A DNA stretch of 32,433 nucleotides from an uncultured virus (IMG/VR IMGVR_UViG_3300025922_000001) (Duplodnaviria > Heunggongvirae > Uroviricota > Caudoviricetes), in the IMG/VR virus record IMGVR_UViG_3300025922_000001; one strand, given 5' to 3'. Of this stretch, positions 1-10,300 are shown one piece after another. The translations under genes and the position numbers were made by a program. The notes under the pieces are model-generated. The model searched no databases. It was not told where the DNA came from and saw only the letters and a program-made list of their open reading frames with translations. The stretch's first letter is position 1, and each line of letters starts with the position of its first letter.

Positions 1-492
1 AGTCAGTACGACCCACTAGACATTCGCATCCTTGATGTTGGCGCTGGGCAGGGTAAGTATCGAGTGCTTCTTGCCGATTACCCACAGATGGATGCCATCG
101 AGATTTTCGAGCCATACATCGAAGAACATAGGCTTCATGAATTGTATGACACTGTGTACATCGGTGATGCCGCGTATGTTGTCACGCAATTCCCCGATGG
201 CACGCACTGGGATGTGGTCATTTTTGGCGATGTGCTTGAGCACTTGGATCTCGAGCGCGCACAGCAGATGCTGCTTGATTTTGAGCGTGTGTGCACTGAA
301 TACTACGTGATCGTTCCCTATGATTATCCTCAGGGTGAGGAAGACGGGAACATCCATCAGCGTCACTTGCAGGATACTCTGACCCCTGCGAAGATGGTGT
401 TTCAGTACCCCCAGCTCTCGCTGGTGGCAGTAGAGTCTACCGTTGATGGAACGCCGTTCAAGGGGCTGTACAAGAGGAGGACTAACTCGTGA
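1..492 (+). CDS. Class I SAM-dependent methyltransferase (5'-partial)
   Basis: Frame 1 is open from base 1, upstream of the ORF-track start at 64, and reads ...IRILDVGAGQGKY (SAM-binding motif I). Then AIEIF (motif II), YIGDA, WDVVIFGDVLEHL. Confidence 0.85.
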   Translation, partial: SQYDPLDIRILDVGAGQGKYRVLLADYPQMDAIEIFEPYIEEHRLHELYDTVYIGDAAYVVTQFPDGTHWDVVIFGDVLEHLDLERAQQMLLDFERVCTEYYVIVPYDYPQGEEDGNIHQRHLQDTLTPAKMVFQYPQLSLVAVESTVDGTPFKGLYKRRTNS

Positions 493-1703
493 GTGCGGTC
501 AGCTGGGTGGGACTTGGTAAGTTGGGGCTGCCGTGCGCATGGGCCTTGAACGTGTATGGCGGGCATGATGTTCTCGGCTACGATATCAATGGTGGTGCGA
601 CTGAAGAGGGAAAGTTTGTGTCACGAACTAATTCCCTTGACGATGTTGTCAAGCACACTGATGATGTCGTGTACGTCGCTGTCCAGACGCCGCATGCCGC
701 TGATTTTGGTGGCGAAATCGCGATGGATGATGACTTCGTACCTGAAGATTTCGAGTATGGCTATCTCATCAACGCGGTGCGTGCGATCGCTAAGACGGCA
801 GGTGATCTTGGCAAGACCATCACGATTGTCATCGTCTCGACTGTGCTTCCCGGTACGGTCGACCGTGACATTCGTCCGTTGCTCAATGTGCACACACGAC
901 TTGTGTACCACCCGTTTTTCATCGCCATGGGCACCGTGATCGATGACTTCACCAACCCAGAATTCGTGCTGCTCGGTGTGGACACTCCGGGTGACGAACA
1001 GCGGGTCCTTGATCTCTATGATGGCATGCATTCTTCGCCGCCTTGCGTGGTCTCGATTGCGTCGGCTGAACTTACGAAGGTGGCCTACAACACCTTCATC
1101 ACTATGAAGATTGTGTTCGCCAACACGATGGCGGAAATGTGCGACAACACTGGCGCTGACGTCGATGAGGTGACGACCGCCCTCGGCTATGGTACTGACC
1201 GCATCATCTCGACGAAGTACCTCACCGCTGGAATGGGTGATGGCGGAGCGTGCCACCCGCGTGACAACATTGCCATGTCAGCGCTTGCGGTCAAGCACAA
1301 CATGTCGGTCGACTTGATGGGATATCTCGTCTCGGCACGGCAGGCGCATGCGTCGTGGCAGGCAAGTCTCATTGTGAAGTGGCAGCGCCTCACTGGACTG
1401 CCAATCACCATCTTCGGTATGACATATAAGCCGGGTGTCGATTCTACTGCAGGCTCTCCCGCGATGCTACTCGCTGATCTTCTCGCAGGTGCAGGCATCA
1501 AGTTCTTGCACACTGACTTCATCGTTGAGGGCAAGGACCCGTACATGTCCACCTCGTCTTTCACAGCACGCATTTTCTTCATCGCGACGAAGCACCCTGA
1601 ATACGCCAACATCACGTTCCCGAGCGGTAGCGTCGTGATTGATCCGTTTGGTTACATTCCTGCGGCTTCGCACATCACGCTTGTTACGCCCGGTCGTAAG
1701 TAG
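489..1703 (+). CDS. UDP-glucose/GDP-mannose dehydrogenase family nucleotide-sugar dehydrogenase
   Basis: Rossmann VGLGKLGLP, VAVQTP, VSTVLPGT, AELTKVAYN (catalytic Lys), GGACHPRD (catalytic Cys), GMTYKP. GTGA overlap with the upstream gene. Confidence 0.9.
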   Translation: MSAVSWVGLGKLGLPCAWALNVYGGHDVLGYDINGGATEEGKFVSRTNSLDDVVKHTDDVVYVAVQTPHAADFGGEIAMDDDFVPEDFEYGYLINAVRAIAKTAGDLGKTITIVIVSTVLPGTVDRDIRPLLNVHTRLVYHPFFIAMGTVIDDFTNPEFVLLGVDTPGDEQRVLDLYDGMHSSPPCVVSIASAELTKVAYNTFITMKIVFANTMAEMCDNTGADVDEVTTALGYGTDRIISTKYLTAGMGDGGACHPRDNIAMSALAVKHNMSVDLMGYLVSARQAHASWQASLIVKWQRLTGLPITIFGMTYKPGVDSTAGSPAMLLADLLAGAGIKFLHTDFIVEGKDPYMSTSSFTARIFFIATKHPEYANITFPSGSVVIDPFGYIPAASHITLVTPGRK

Positions 1704-1711
1704 GAGGTCCA

Positions 1712-2404
1712 GTGGTGACTCGCGGAATCGACGTCTCACGTTATCAGGGATATCTGAACTGGGAAGCGATGCCTGACTGGGTCGAGTTTGCCTACATCGG
1801 TTTGATGGATTGGCGAAACAACTGCGTCGATAAAATGGCACGAACGAATGCTATCAACGCGAGTCGTACTCGAGTTACTGGCGGGTACTATCGGGTTGAT
1901 GCTGTGAAGCGTTCGCCGTATGCTGAAGCGATGGACATGCTCGGTGTCATTGATGCACTTGGCCTCATGCTTCCTGGTAATCTCTTTCCGGCTGTTGACA
2001 TCGAGCCGACAACCGACGTCGCTGGCAACGCTAAGGTTGACTGGGCCCAATGGAGTCAGGACTTTTCTAGTTCGTGGTACGTACTTAGTGGAGGCATTCC
2101 ACTGATGATGTACAGCTCGGGCAGCTTTCTTCGTGACAAGATCAGGGCGTCGAATGATGCTGATGATTGGGATTCACGCACACGCTTCTGGGTTGGGCAT
2201 ACTGCAAAGTGGGCTAAGCCAGCAGGTCAAACCGCGGAGGAATTCGCGGGCAAGACCGATTTCACGTTCGGTGGTCGGACTGTGATTCATCAGTTTGACT
2301 TGGAGACCATCATTCCCGGTGCCCCAGGTGGAATTCGGTTTGACCGCAATCAGCTGATGGCTGGTGTCACGCTTAGCGACATCACCATTTCGATGGTAGT
2401 GTAA
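1712..2404 (+). CDS. GH25-family lysozyme/muramidase (endolysin catalytic domain only)
   Basis: N-terminal GIDVSRYQG, GGYY, PAVDIE (DxE), PLMMYS, FWV, IHQF, DRN. SD AGGAGG before the GTG. Confidence 0.85.
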   Translation: MVTRGIDVSRYQGYLNWEAMPDWVEFAYIGLMDWRNNCVDKMARTNAINASRTRVTGGYYRVDAVKRSPYAEAMDMLGVIDALGLMLPGNLFPAVDIEPTTDVAGNAKVDWAQWSQDFSSSWYVLSGGIPLMMYSSGSFLRDKIRASNDADDWDSRTRFWVGHTAKWAKPAGQTAEEFAGKTDFTFGGRTVIHQFDLETIIPGAPGGIRFDRNQLMAGVTLSDITISMVV

Positions 2405-2412
2405 GGGGAGTT

Positions 2413-3360
2413 ATGGTCAAATCACAGTGGTTGCCCGGGTGGGCGAAGAATCCGCTCGGTGGTGATGTACGCGGCAAGCTTTACCAATTTGTGGAAAATC
2501 CCAAGTGCTGCCTGCACACGACCGAGGGTACGTCCATCGCAGGTGCGGTTAATGCATACGCACCTTATCCGCCTCACGGCATTTATGACTGGCGGACGAG
2601 GGAAGCTAAGCAGCACATCCCACTGGACCTTGCATCGTACTCCGCGATGGACGGCAATGACGACGACTTCATGGTCCAGATTGAGCTGGTTGGTTTCGCG
2701 CACGACACACGCAACTGGCCCGACATCGCGTACCGCAACATCGCAGCCGACGTCATTGGGCCGATTGCCGATGCATTCGGTGTGCCGCCTGAGAGCATCG
2801 AGAAGCAGTGGCTTGATGACACTGATGGTGTCACGATCGCATCACCGAACTCGCCGCTTCGCATCACGCCTGCGCAGCTTCGTGACTTCTCTGGTTGGCT
2901 TGGGCATCAGCACCTGCCCGCGCCTGACTCGCACTGGGACCCCGGTGCACTCGACATCGCACGACTCATTCGGTACGGATACAACAATGAGGAGAACGAC
3001 ATGACCCCTGATGAAGCGGCTCTACTCGCCAACGTTGCGCACAACGTCGAGCGCATCAACGCGTTCCTGTCCATCACGGCTGACGCGCCGGTGAACCCGG
3101 CTGACGGCGAGCGCGAGACCCTGTTCGACGCCACGTGGCAGGCTGCCGCTGAGGCCAAGGCGCGTGATGCCGCCGAGCTCAAGGCGATGACGGACAGTTT
3201 CGCCGCAATGCAAAGTGTTCTCTCCGCCATTTCGGGCAAGCTCGACAAGATGGGTTCCGGCATTGGCGGAAATGTCACGAAGGCCGACGTGCAGGAAATG
3301 CTTGACAAGTCGCTGGCTCGACTCGACATGATCCTCAAGCCGTCGGCTCAGCCGCTGTAG
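2413..3360 (+). CDS. Endolysin, Zn-dependent N-acetylmuramoyl-L-alanine amidase-like, with C-terminal helical region
   Basis: LHTTEG, PH, VQIELVG, WLGHQHLP..SHWDPG match amidase_2-type Zn-ligand motifs of actinophage lysins. SD GGGGAG. Confidence 0.8.
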   Translation: MVKSQWLPGWAKNPLGGDVRGKLYQFVENPKCCLHTTEGTSIAGAVNAYAPYPPHGIYDWRTREAKQHIPLDLASYSAMDGNDDDFMVQIELVGFAHDTRNWPDIAYRNIAADVIGPIADAFGVPPESIEKQWLDDTDGVTIASPNSPLRITPAQLRDFSGWLGHQHLPAPDSHWDPGALDIARLIRYGYNNEENDMTPDEAALLANVAHNVERINAFLSITADAPVNPADGERETLFDATWQAAAEAKARDAAELKAMTDSFAAMQSVLSAISGKLDKMGSGIGGNVTKADVQEMLDKSLARLDMILKPSAQPL

Positions 3361-3365
3361 CACCT

Positions 3366-3399
3366 GGCTGCGCAGTCATTTTCTCGTGGCTGCGCAGCC
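3366..3399 (+). terminator. Hairpin, putative intrinsic terminator after the lysis genes
   Basis: GGCTGCGCAGTCA-N8-TGGCTGCGCAGCC inverted repeat directly after the endolysin stop, with only a weak pyrimidine tail. Confidence 0.55.
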
Positions 3400-3427
3400 T
3401 CTCGTTCGTGTAAGGCAACGTCACTGT

Positions 3428-3437
3428 TGCTAAGATA
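3428..3437 (+). promoter_or_regulatory. Putative extended -10 promoter giving a leaderless terL transcript
   Basis: TGC-TAAGAT followed 6 nt later by the ATG at 3443; no SD present. Confidence 0.45.
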
Positions 3438-3442
3438 GCGCA

Positions 3443-4804
3443 ATGACCGCCGGTGGAATGACGCGCAGCGAAGTCGCTGGCGCTTCTGCACGCGCTTTGA
3501 TGAGTTATCTCGAGCGCCCGCCGGGTTGGAACCCCCGCCCTCACCAGATTCCACCAGCTGGAAACTGGTATGGCTGGCTTTTGAACGCGGGTCGTGGTTC
3601 TGGAAAAACCCGCACGTGTGCGCAATACGTGATCGATCATGTGAAGGGCCCGCCGTGTCTACCCGGCAGCACACCTCACTGGATTGGTATCATTGGTCCG
3701 ACGCTTGGAGACGCTGTCCAGGCGTGTTTTGCGGGGCCGGCGGGGATTGGACCGAACGACCCGACCTCTCGTATTGCGGGAGGTCTAGGCGGCACTGTCA
3801 TCAAGTGGAGTAACGGCTCGCAAGCGAAGCTATTCGGGGCTTCCACGCCTGATGATATCGAACGTCTACGCGCAGGCGGTAACACATGCCTAGTATGGGC
3901 TGAAGAACTCGCGGCTTGGCGTCATCTCGACAAATGCTATGAGCAGATGCGGTTTGGTCTTCGTACCGGTAAGACACCTCGCTGGATCGCGAGTACGACG
4001 CCTAAGCCAAAGTTGCTCATCAAGAAGCTTGTTAAGAACACGCCGCACAACGTCATTGTCACGCACGCAACGACTCACGATAATCCCTACCTTGAGCAGC
4101 ACGTTCGAGACGAACTTTTTGCGGACTATGAAGGCACGCAAATTGGTCGACAGGAACTGTACGCCGAGGTCATGGATCAGGATGAAAACGCGTTGTGGCG
4201 ACGCGATGACATCGATCACTTCCGTGTTAAGGAAGCTCCTGAGCTTGTACGCGTCACGGTCGGTGTTGACCCATCGGGTGGTGCTGGTGAACAAGGTATC
4301 GTCGTCGCGGGTAAGTTCATCATCGATGAGATCGTCAAGGAGCGTAAGCAAAAGCGCTTTGAAGGTTTCGTTCTTTCCGATATGACGTGTCGTCTCGGCC
4401 CTGCCGGATGGGGTCGTCGGGCAGTCCAGGCGGCGATTGACTGGGAAGCCGACGACATCGTTGTCGAGACGAACTACGGCGGTGAAATGGCCGTTGTCAC
4501 AATCCGAGACGCGGCGCTTTCAATGGGTATCACCATTCCCGTGAAAATGGTCGTGGCAACACGTGGTAAGCGTGTTCGTGCCGAGCCTGTTGCAGCACTT
4601 TCCACTCGTGGTCAGTGGCATCACGTTGGTACTTTCCCAGAGCTTGAGGATCAGTTGTGCACCTGGACTCCTGAGCTCGATTACTCACCCGACCGACTTG
4701 ACGCTATGGTGTGGACTGCTTGGCATAACAAGATCGTAGCCACGCGTCCTCGCGGTATGGGTTCATTCGCAGGTGGAGGTTCCATGTCCCGCTCGATCGG
4801 ATAG
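3443..4804 (+). CDS. terL: Terminase large subunit
   Basis: PHQ motif, Walker A AGRGSGKTR, Walker B VWAEE, STTPKP, DNPYL, GRQEL, nuclease VGVDP, VETNYGG, PDRLDAMVW. Confidence 0.95.
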   Translation: MTAGGMTRSEVAGASARALMSYLERPPGWNPRPHQIPPAGNWYGWLLNAGRGSGKTRTCAQYVIDHVKGPPCLPGSTPHWIGIIGPTLGDAVQACFAGPAGIGPNDPTSRIAGGLGGTVIKWSNGSQAKLFGASTPDDIERLRAGGNTCLVWAEELAAWRHLDKCYEQMRFGLRTGKTPRWIASTTPKPKLLIKKLVKNTPHNVIVTHATTHDNPYLEQHVRDELFADYEGTQIGRQELYAEVMDQDENALWRRDDIDHFRVKEAPELVRVTVGVDPSGGAGEQGIVVAGKFIIDEIVKERKQKRFEGFVLSDMTCRLGPAGWGRRAVQAAIDWEADDIVVETNYGGEMAVVTIRDAALSMGITIPVKMVVATRGKRVRAEPVAALSTRGQWHHVGTFPELEDQLCTWTPELDYSPDRLDAMVWTAWHNKIVATRPRGMGSFAGGGSMSRSIG

Positions 4805-4810
4805 CTGTTA

Positions 4811-4820
4811 TGATACGTTA
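4811..4820 (+). promoter_or_regulatory. Putative extended -10 promoter
   Basis: TGA-TACGTT-A in the intergenic gap; same pattern as 3428, 12310 and 14348. Confidence 0.4.
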
Positions 4821-4844
4821 ATGGAATCCGAGAGAGGTGACGAA

Positions 4845-5087
4845 GTGGCTTCGGGCTCAGTTGAGATTGGTGTAAAAGAAATATACGACATTCTGATGAT
4901 TCTTGACGGTAAGATGGATGCGTACATGCGGGCACAGGAGCCGCAAATGGCGTTGTTCAATCACCGTCTTACGCAGGTAGAAACGAAGATGGATAAGACT
5001 GCCGATCGAAGTTGGTTGCTCTACCTCACACTTATCGCATCGGTTGTATCACTGATCGGTACATTTGCACCGATCATCGCGAAGTAA
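4845..5087 (+). CDS. Small coiled-coil protein with a C-terminal transmembrane helix (possibly holin-like)
   Basis: GTG at 4845 after SD GAGGTGA, in frame with ORF 4773..5087. RLTQVETKMDK coiled segment, then hydrophobic WLLYLTLIASVVSLIGTFAPII. Confidence 0.6.
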   Translation: MASGSVEIGVKEIYDILMILDGKMDAYMRAQEPQMALFNHRLTQVETKMDKTADRSWLLYLTLIASVVSLIGTFAPIIAK

Positions 5088-5097
5088 GGATGTGACA

Positions 5098-5436
5098 ATG
5101 TCAACCGAGGTACTCTTGGTGCTGATGACTTTGGTCACATACCGCACCGCAAAACTTCTCACGGAGGATGACTTTCCGCCACTACTCTGGCTTCGTAAGA
5201 AGCTGACCGATCCATACGCGACTTTGCCTGGTGATCCTATCCGGAGAACGACAAAGGTACCTTACTGGCTTGCCTACCTCTGGACCTGCATGTGGTGCAT
5301 GCCAGTCTGGACTTCGGCCGTTGTAACGAGCTTGACCGCATTGACCATCGGTGTTCCGGCGCCACTACTCGTCTGGCTCGCGATCGCGGCAGGTGCAAGT
5401 TTGATCTCGCACCTTGAGGAATTCTTGACTCGATAG
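5098..5436 (+). CDS. DUF1360-like membrane protein
   Basis: ATG at 5098 after AAGGA. YR..KLLTED..P..WLR and LWTCMWC.PVW (CxWC) with hydrophobic helices; position between terminase and portal is typical in actinophages. Confidence 0.7.
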   Translation: MSTEVLLVLMTLVTYRTAKLLTEDDFPPLLWLRKKLTDPYATLPGDPIRRTTKVPYWLAYLWTCMWCMPVWTSAVVTSLTALTIGVPAPLLVWLAIAAGASLISHLEEFLTR

Positions 5437-5449
5437 GGGATGTAAAGCG

Positions 5450-7351
5450 ATGGTATGGTGGGATCGCCGTAAGAAGAGCAAGCATGCGGCAGTTGACACC
5501 CGTCTCGTTGTGCCATCGCGTGATGAACGTGTTTTGACCGCCGCTGCTCAGACGGTCAACACAATCGCACGGGGTCGCACGCGCATAACGCCAAAGTATG
5601 ATGGTTGGCAGCGTGAGCTGTGGGATTACTACGACACGCTCGGTGAATTCAACATCTCCGTGACGTGGCGTTCATACATGATCTCGCGCGTGCGGCTTCG
5701 TGCTGCAAGGTTGAAGCCCGGTTCAGATGAGCCTGAGATTGTCGATGTAGGTCCAGCGGCTGACTTTGTGAATGAACTTTGTCGTGGCACCGCCGGACAG
5801 ACCGAAATGCTCGGTTCGCTCTCTGTGTACCTTGATGTGCCCGCTGAGGGCTGGCTTGTTGGTGAGACAACGGGTAACCGGCAGAAGTGGCGTGTCATCT
5901 CGAGTGACGAAATTCGACGTCGTGGACGCGAGTATGAAGTCATCTCTGATGAATCAACGGAATCCGATGTCATTTGGCGTACGCTTCCCGTTGCCACTTC
6001 ATACGTGACACGCATTTGGCGTCCACACAAGCGTCTTCATTATCTACCGTACTCGTCCGCGTACTCCGCGCGTAGCGCGATGCGTGAACTTGAGTTGGTC
6101 AACCGACACATTCAGGCACAGTACCTATCACGTCTTGCGTCAGCCGGTCTCATCATTTTCCCCGATGAGATTACTTTTCCTGTGCGTCCTGAATTTATGA
6201 ATGAGCCTGACCCGTTCATTCGTGAATGGATTGAGACTGCTGCTGAAGCCATCAAGAATCCTGGCTCAGCATCATCGCTGATCCCGCTTCCAATTCGCGT
6301 GCCTGCTGAGTACGTGGAGAAGGTAAAGCACATTGACTTCACGCTTAAGATGGATGATAACATCATCGCAAAGCGTGACTCGGCTCGGAATCGTTTGGCT
6401 TCACAAATTAACGTCCCAGCCGACCTGCTCTTCCAGGCAGGTGACGTCAATCACTGGGGATTGTGGCAGCTTGAAGAAGGTGCCATTCGTACCTACATCA
6501 CGCCCGATGTTGAGATCATTACTCATGGTCTCACCACCGGATACTTGCATCCGCGTATGCGTGCTGCTGGCATCGAAGATTACGATGACTGGGTTGTTTG
6601 GTATGACGCATCTGAATTGATGGTGCGGCCAGACAAGTCGGACAATGCCAAGGATGTGTACGACCGCTTCGAGTTGTCGGGTACTGCTCTTCGTCGTGAA
6701 ACTGGCTTTGACGAGGATGATGCGCCTGACGACACTGAGCTCGCTAACATGATCCTTAAGAAGCTGGCAACAAACCCGACTCTTGCCATTCAGGCATTGC
6801 AGGAACTCACTGGCATCAAGCTTGAAGAGCCAGCGAATCAGGCAGCTGTTTCTACCGAAGGTCCAGTGGTGACTGGCTCTGAGTCTGATGGCGATAGTGG
6901 TGCATCAAACGATGGGCCACCGAACACTGGAAACGATGAACCACCTGCGCCTGCCGCATTGGCTGCTGAGCTTGAGCGTATTGCAATTGAAAGCGTGTTG
7001 CCTAAGCCCGCTGGTTCATTGATTCCAAGTCCTGTGCCATTCGAATCACTCTCGTCTGAAAACCGTGCGTTTGCAATCATGCAGGCTGGCATGCGTCACG
7101 TGATGGAATTCACGATTGACAGCTGGCGGCTTAAGCATCCACTTATTTGCATGGAGAAGCAATTCTCCTGCCCGTTCACGCATGCCAGTTATGAAGGTGT
7201 GCGATTCCGCCCTGGGACAAAGGGTGATTACGAGTGCTTCCTCACTGACCGCGGCGAGTTGTCCATCGGGCAGCGACTCATCAATCACGACGATACACGA
7301 CTTGTCGCGAATCCGAGGAAGGTAATCAATGGTACACGTCTCGGGTCCTAG
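5450..7351 (+). CDS. Portal protein with C-terminal extension
   Basis: WQRELWDYYDTLGE, SRVRL, RIWRPH, SRLASAGL, NHWGLWQLEE, VWYDASEL.VRPD, ALRRETGF resemble cluster-B-like actinophage portals; follows terL. Confidence 0.85.
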   Translation: MVWWDRRKKSKHAAVDTRLVVPSRDERVLTAAAQTVNTIARGRTRITPKYDGWQRELWDYYDTLGEFNISVTWRSYMISRVRLRAARLKPGSDEPEIVDVGPAADFVNELCRGTAGQTEMLGSLSVYLDVPAEGWLVGETTGNRQKWRVISSDEIRRRGREYEVISDESTESDVIWRTLPVATSYVTRIWRPHKRLHYLPYSSAYSARSAMRELELVNRHIQAQYLSRLASAGLIIFPDEITFPVRPEFMNEPDPFIREWIETAAEAIKNPGSASSLIPLPIRVPAEYVEKVKHIDFTLKMDDNIIAKRDSARNRLASQINVPADLLFQAGDVNHWGLWQLEEGAIRTYITPDVEIITHGLTTGYLHPRMRAAGIEDYDDWVVWYDASELMVRPDKSDNAKDVYDRFELSGTALRRETGFDEDDAPDDTELANMILKKLATNPTLAIQALQELTGIKLEEPANQAAVSTEGPVVTGSESDGDSGASNDGPPNTGNDEPPAPAALAAELERIAIESVLPKPAGSLIPSPVPFESLSSENRAFAIMQAGMRHVMEFTIDSWRLKHPLICMEKQFSCPFTHASYEGVRFRPGTKGDYECFLTDRGELSIGQRLINHDDTRLVANPRKVINGTRLGS

Positions 7352-10300
7352 TCTTGATCAGCTTGATGATCGTGGTGATCGATTCGCTGCTGATATTAGG
7401 CGCACGATTGCTAGGATCGTCAATATCACTATGCCTAAGGTGGGAGACATCAATGATCTCGCGATCATTCGAACCCACTGGACTTCTGCTGTCAACGACG
7501 CGCTGATTGAACACCTCCGTAACGCGTGGGTTGACTCGGCTGACGACACCTACGGGAAGTTGACTCAAGCAGTTGCTCGAGTGACTCAGGCCCAACCACA
7601 GCAGTCTCAGCCAGTTGCGCTCACTGCTGCGTTTCTTGTGCCGAAGGTTGTTAGTCGTCTTGCTGAGTTGTTTCTTGAGAATGCGATTAACCGACTTGTC
7701 TCTATCGGTGATCTCGTGTGGAACGTCGCACGCCAGCAGATGCTGATTGGTATGCAAGCCGGTGAAAGCATTACTATGATTCGTCACCGTCTCATGAAGA
7801 CAACTGAACTTGCTTCACCACGTGCTGAGGTCATTGCACGCACCGAGGTGATTGGTGCGAGCAATGCCGGTTCATACGCTGAAATGAAGGCTACCGGACT
7901 TAATGCGACGAAGGAATGGATTGCGACGACCGACAGTCGCACGCGTCCTTCGCACGAACACATCGATGGTGAAGAAGTTGGCATCGACGATAAGTTCATC
8001 GTTGGTGGGTATGCTATGTCGTATCCTCACGACCCCACTGGACCGCCGCAAGAAACCATCTCTTGTCGCTGCACGCTAGGTTGGGACATTCCCGATGAGG
8101 AGTTCTTGATGATTGACGGTGAACCACTAGCGGCGGCAGCGACTGCGTTTCACTTGCGTGGTAGGCACGATCAGAAGGATCATGGTCGTAAGGGTCTTCG
8201 TGGTCTTAATGCTGGCAAGTCTCTTAAGATTACACATGGTCTTGTGCATAAGAAGCAGGCTGACGGCTCGATTATCGCTGTCACAAAGGACGGCAAGAAG
8301 CACATCCTGTGGGAAGGCAACAAGTATCACCTTCGTGAGAAAGATGACAATGGTCTGTGGCAGACCAAGAAGACGGTCATCAAGTCAAAGGCATACAAGG
8401 AAATCAGTGATTTTGCTTCTGACTGGCACGAGCCAGATCAGGAAAAGCCTGGTGACAAGAAGACAGATGATGGTGACAAGAAGGTCACCACTGATAAGAA
8501 GACTACACCTATTCCAGCAGCCGCACCGACACCAGTCGCTACTGACACAGCATCTGGCGCACCGCTTAAGATCACGCACGGGCTTATTCACAAGAAGCAC
8601 GCTGATGGCACGACGATTGCTGTCAATAAGAATGGTGATAAGAAGGTCACCTGGAATGGCAAGTCATACGATCTCGATAAGAAGCAGGCCGATGGGTCAT
8701 GGAAGACCGAGAAGACGGCCATTAAGTCGAAAGCCTACAAGGAAGTTAACGACTTTGACTCGGCGTGGCATGAGCCGGTAGCCAAGGGTGATGACACCGA
8801 ACTTCCTTCTACACGGAAGACACCTGCACCAGCAGTGAAGTCCGTTAAGTCTGCAGCAACGACTTTGCCGAACGATGTCAAATATATCAAGCCAGGCAAG
8901 CAAATCAATCTTGATCAGCAGTATCTTGATACACATGAGTTTCCTGACGATTCGGTCATTGCCATTTCTACGTTCGGCACCAAAAAGATTACTGCACATG
9001 GTGATAAGATTTCTTTTCACCACATGGACGCGAAAAATAAGTGGGTAAAGAATAACGAAACATCAATGAGTGATGCACAGGCTGCGATCGATAAAGCGGA
9101 TGCTTATTGGCATGAGCCTGTCGCTGTGTCTGTTGGTACGCCGAAGAGTGATAAGAAGTCACCAGTTCCAGCGGTTACGCCTAAGACGACGCCCATTCCG
9201 ATGGAAAAGGAGTTGATTGAGGCAGATAAGCCTCTTAAGATCATAGATGCATTGTCTGGTGATGTGCCAGAGTATTCGACAATTGCTGTGACAAAGGACG
9301 GCAACTATCGAGTCGTTTCACTCAATGGTAAGTACTTTGAAGTTCAGAAGAACAAGAAGGTCGGTGGTTGGGGACCTCTAACATCGTTTGAAAAGGGAGA
9401 TGAGTACAGCGACATTGTGTCGCTCAACAAGGAGTGGTACACACCTAAGCTAGCAACACAAAAGACCAAGACTGTTCCGAGCACATCGCCAATGACTGCT
9501 GGCGAGCCGATCGACATTACACAAGATATGTTTAAGGACGTTAACTTCCCGCCTAAAACAGTGTTGGCAGTTAACGAAGATGGTACGAAGCGTATCATGA
9601 GATCTTGGAATGACACGATTGCAGTCCAAGAGTGGAATGCAGAATTTGGAGTTTGGACCGGATCACAGTGGCTTACTGATGGCAAAGAAGCCGAAGAAGT
9701 CTCAAAGCTTAACATTAAGTGGCATGCGCCTGTCGAGACAGGATCAAAGGCAACTGCACCAAGTGCACCAGGCGCGCCAAATGTAAGTACACCAAAATCA
9801 ACGCCTACGGCACCATCTAAGACGATTGATAAGTACGCGCCTGTGGAACCAGGCAGACCCATTACGCTAGCGCAAGAATTCTTTTTTCAAAATTACCCGG
9901 CAAATAGCACAATCGCAGTTACACCTGATGGCAAGACAAAAATTGCCTGGGGTAATAATGGTAAGTATGAAATTCTTGAACTTGATGAAAAAAGTGGCAC
10001 TTGGTTCGTTACCGAGAATGCCAATCAGTATGGTGCACTCGCAATGGCGCAAAACTTTTCTATTGAGTGGCATGAGCCAGAAAACGCTAGTCCGTCTAGC
10101 ATAAACACACCGGGTAATTCATCTACTTCAACTAAGTCGGCTAATAAACTAAAGCATGTGTATATGGGCAACAAGGCGTTGCTCGACCAGCCGGTCACTC
10201 TTACACAGGCAACGTTTGAAGATTCATATCCGTCTGGTTCTGTAATTGCGATGAATGCTTTTGGCACGTATCAGCTTACACGTGAAGGAGGAAAGTTCAA

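Noticed and set aside
8214..8780. Repeats 1-2 as a CRISPR array or DGR template/variable repeat pair
   Set aside because: Both copies are in-frame coding units with differences not confined to adenines; no reverse transcriptase, cas gene or spacer structure in the window.
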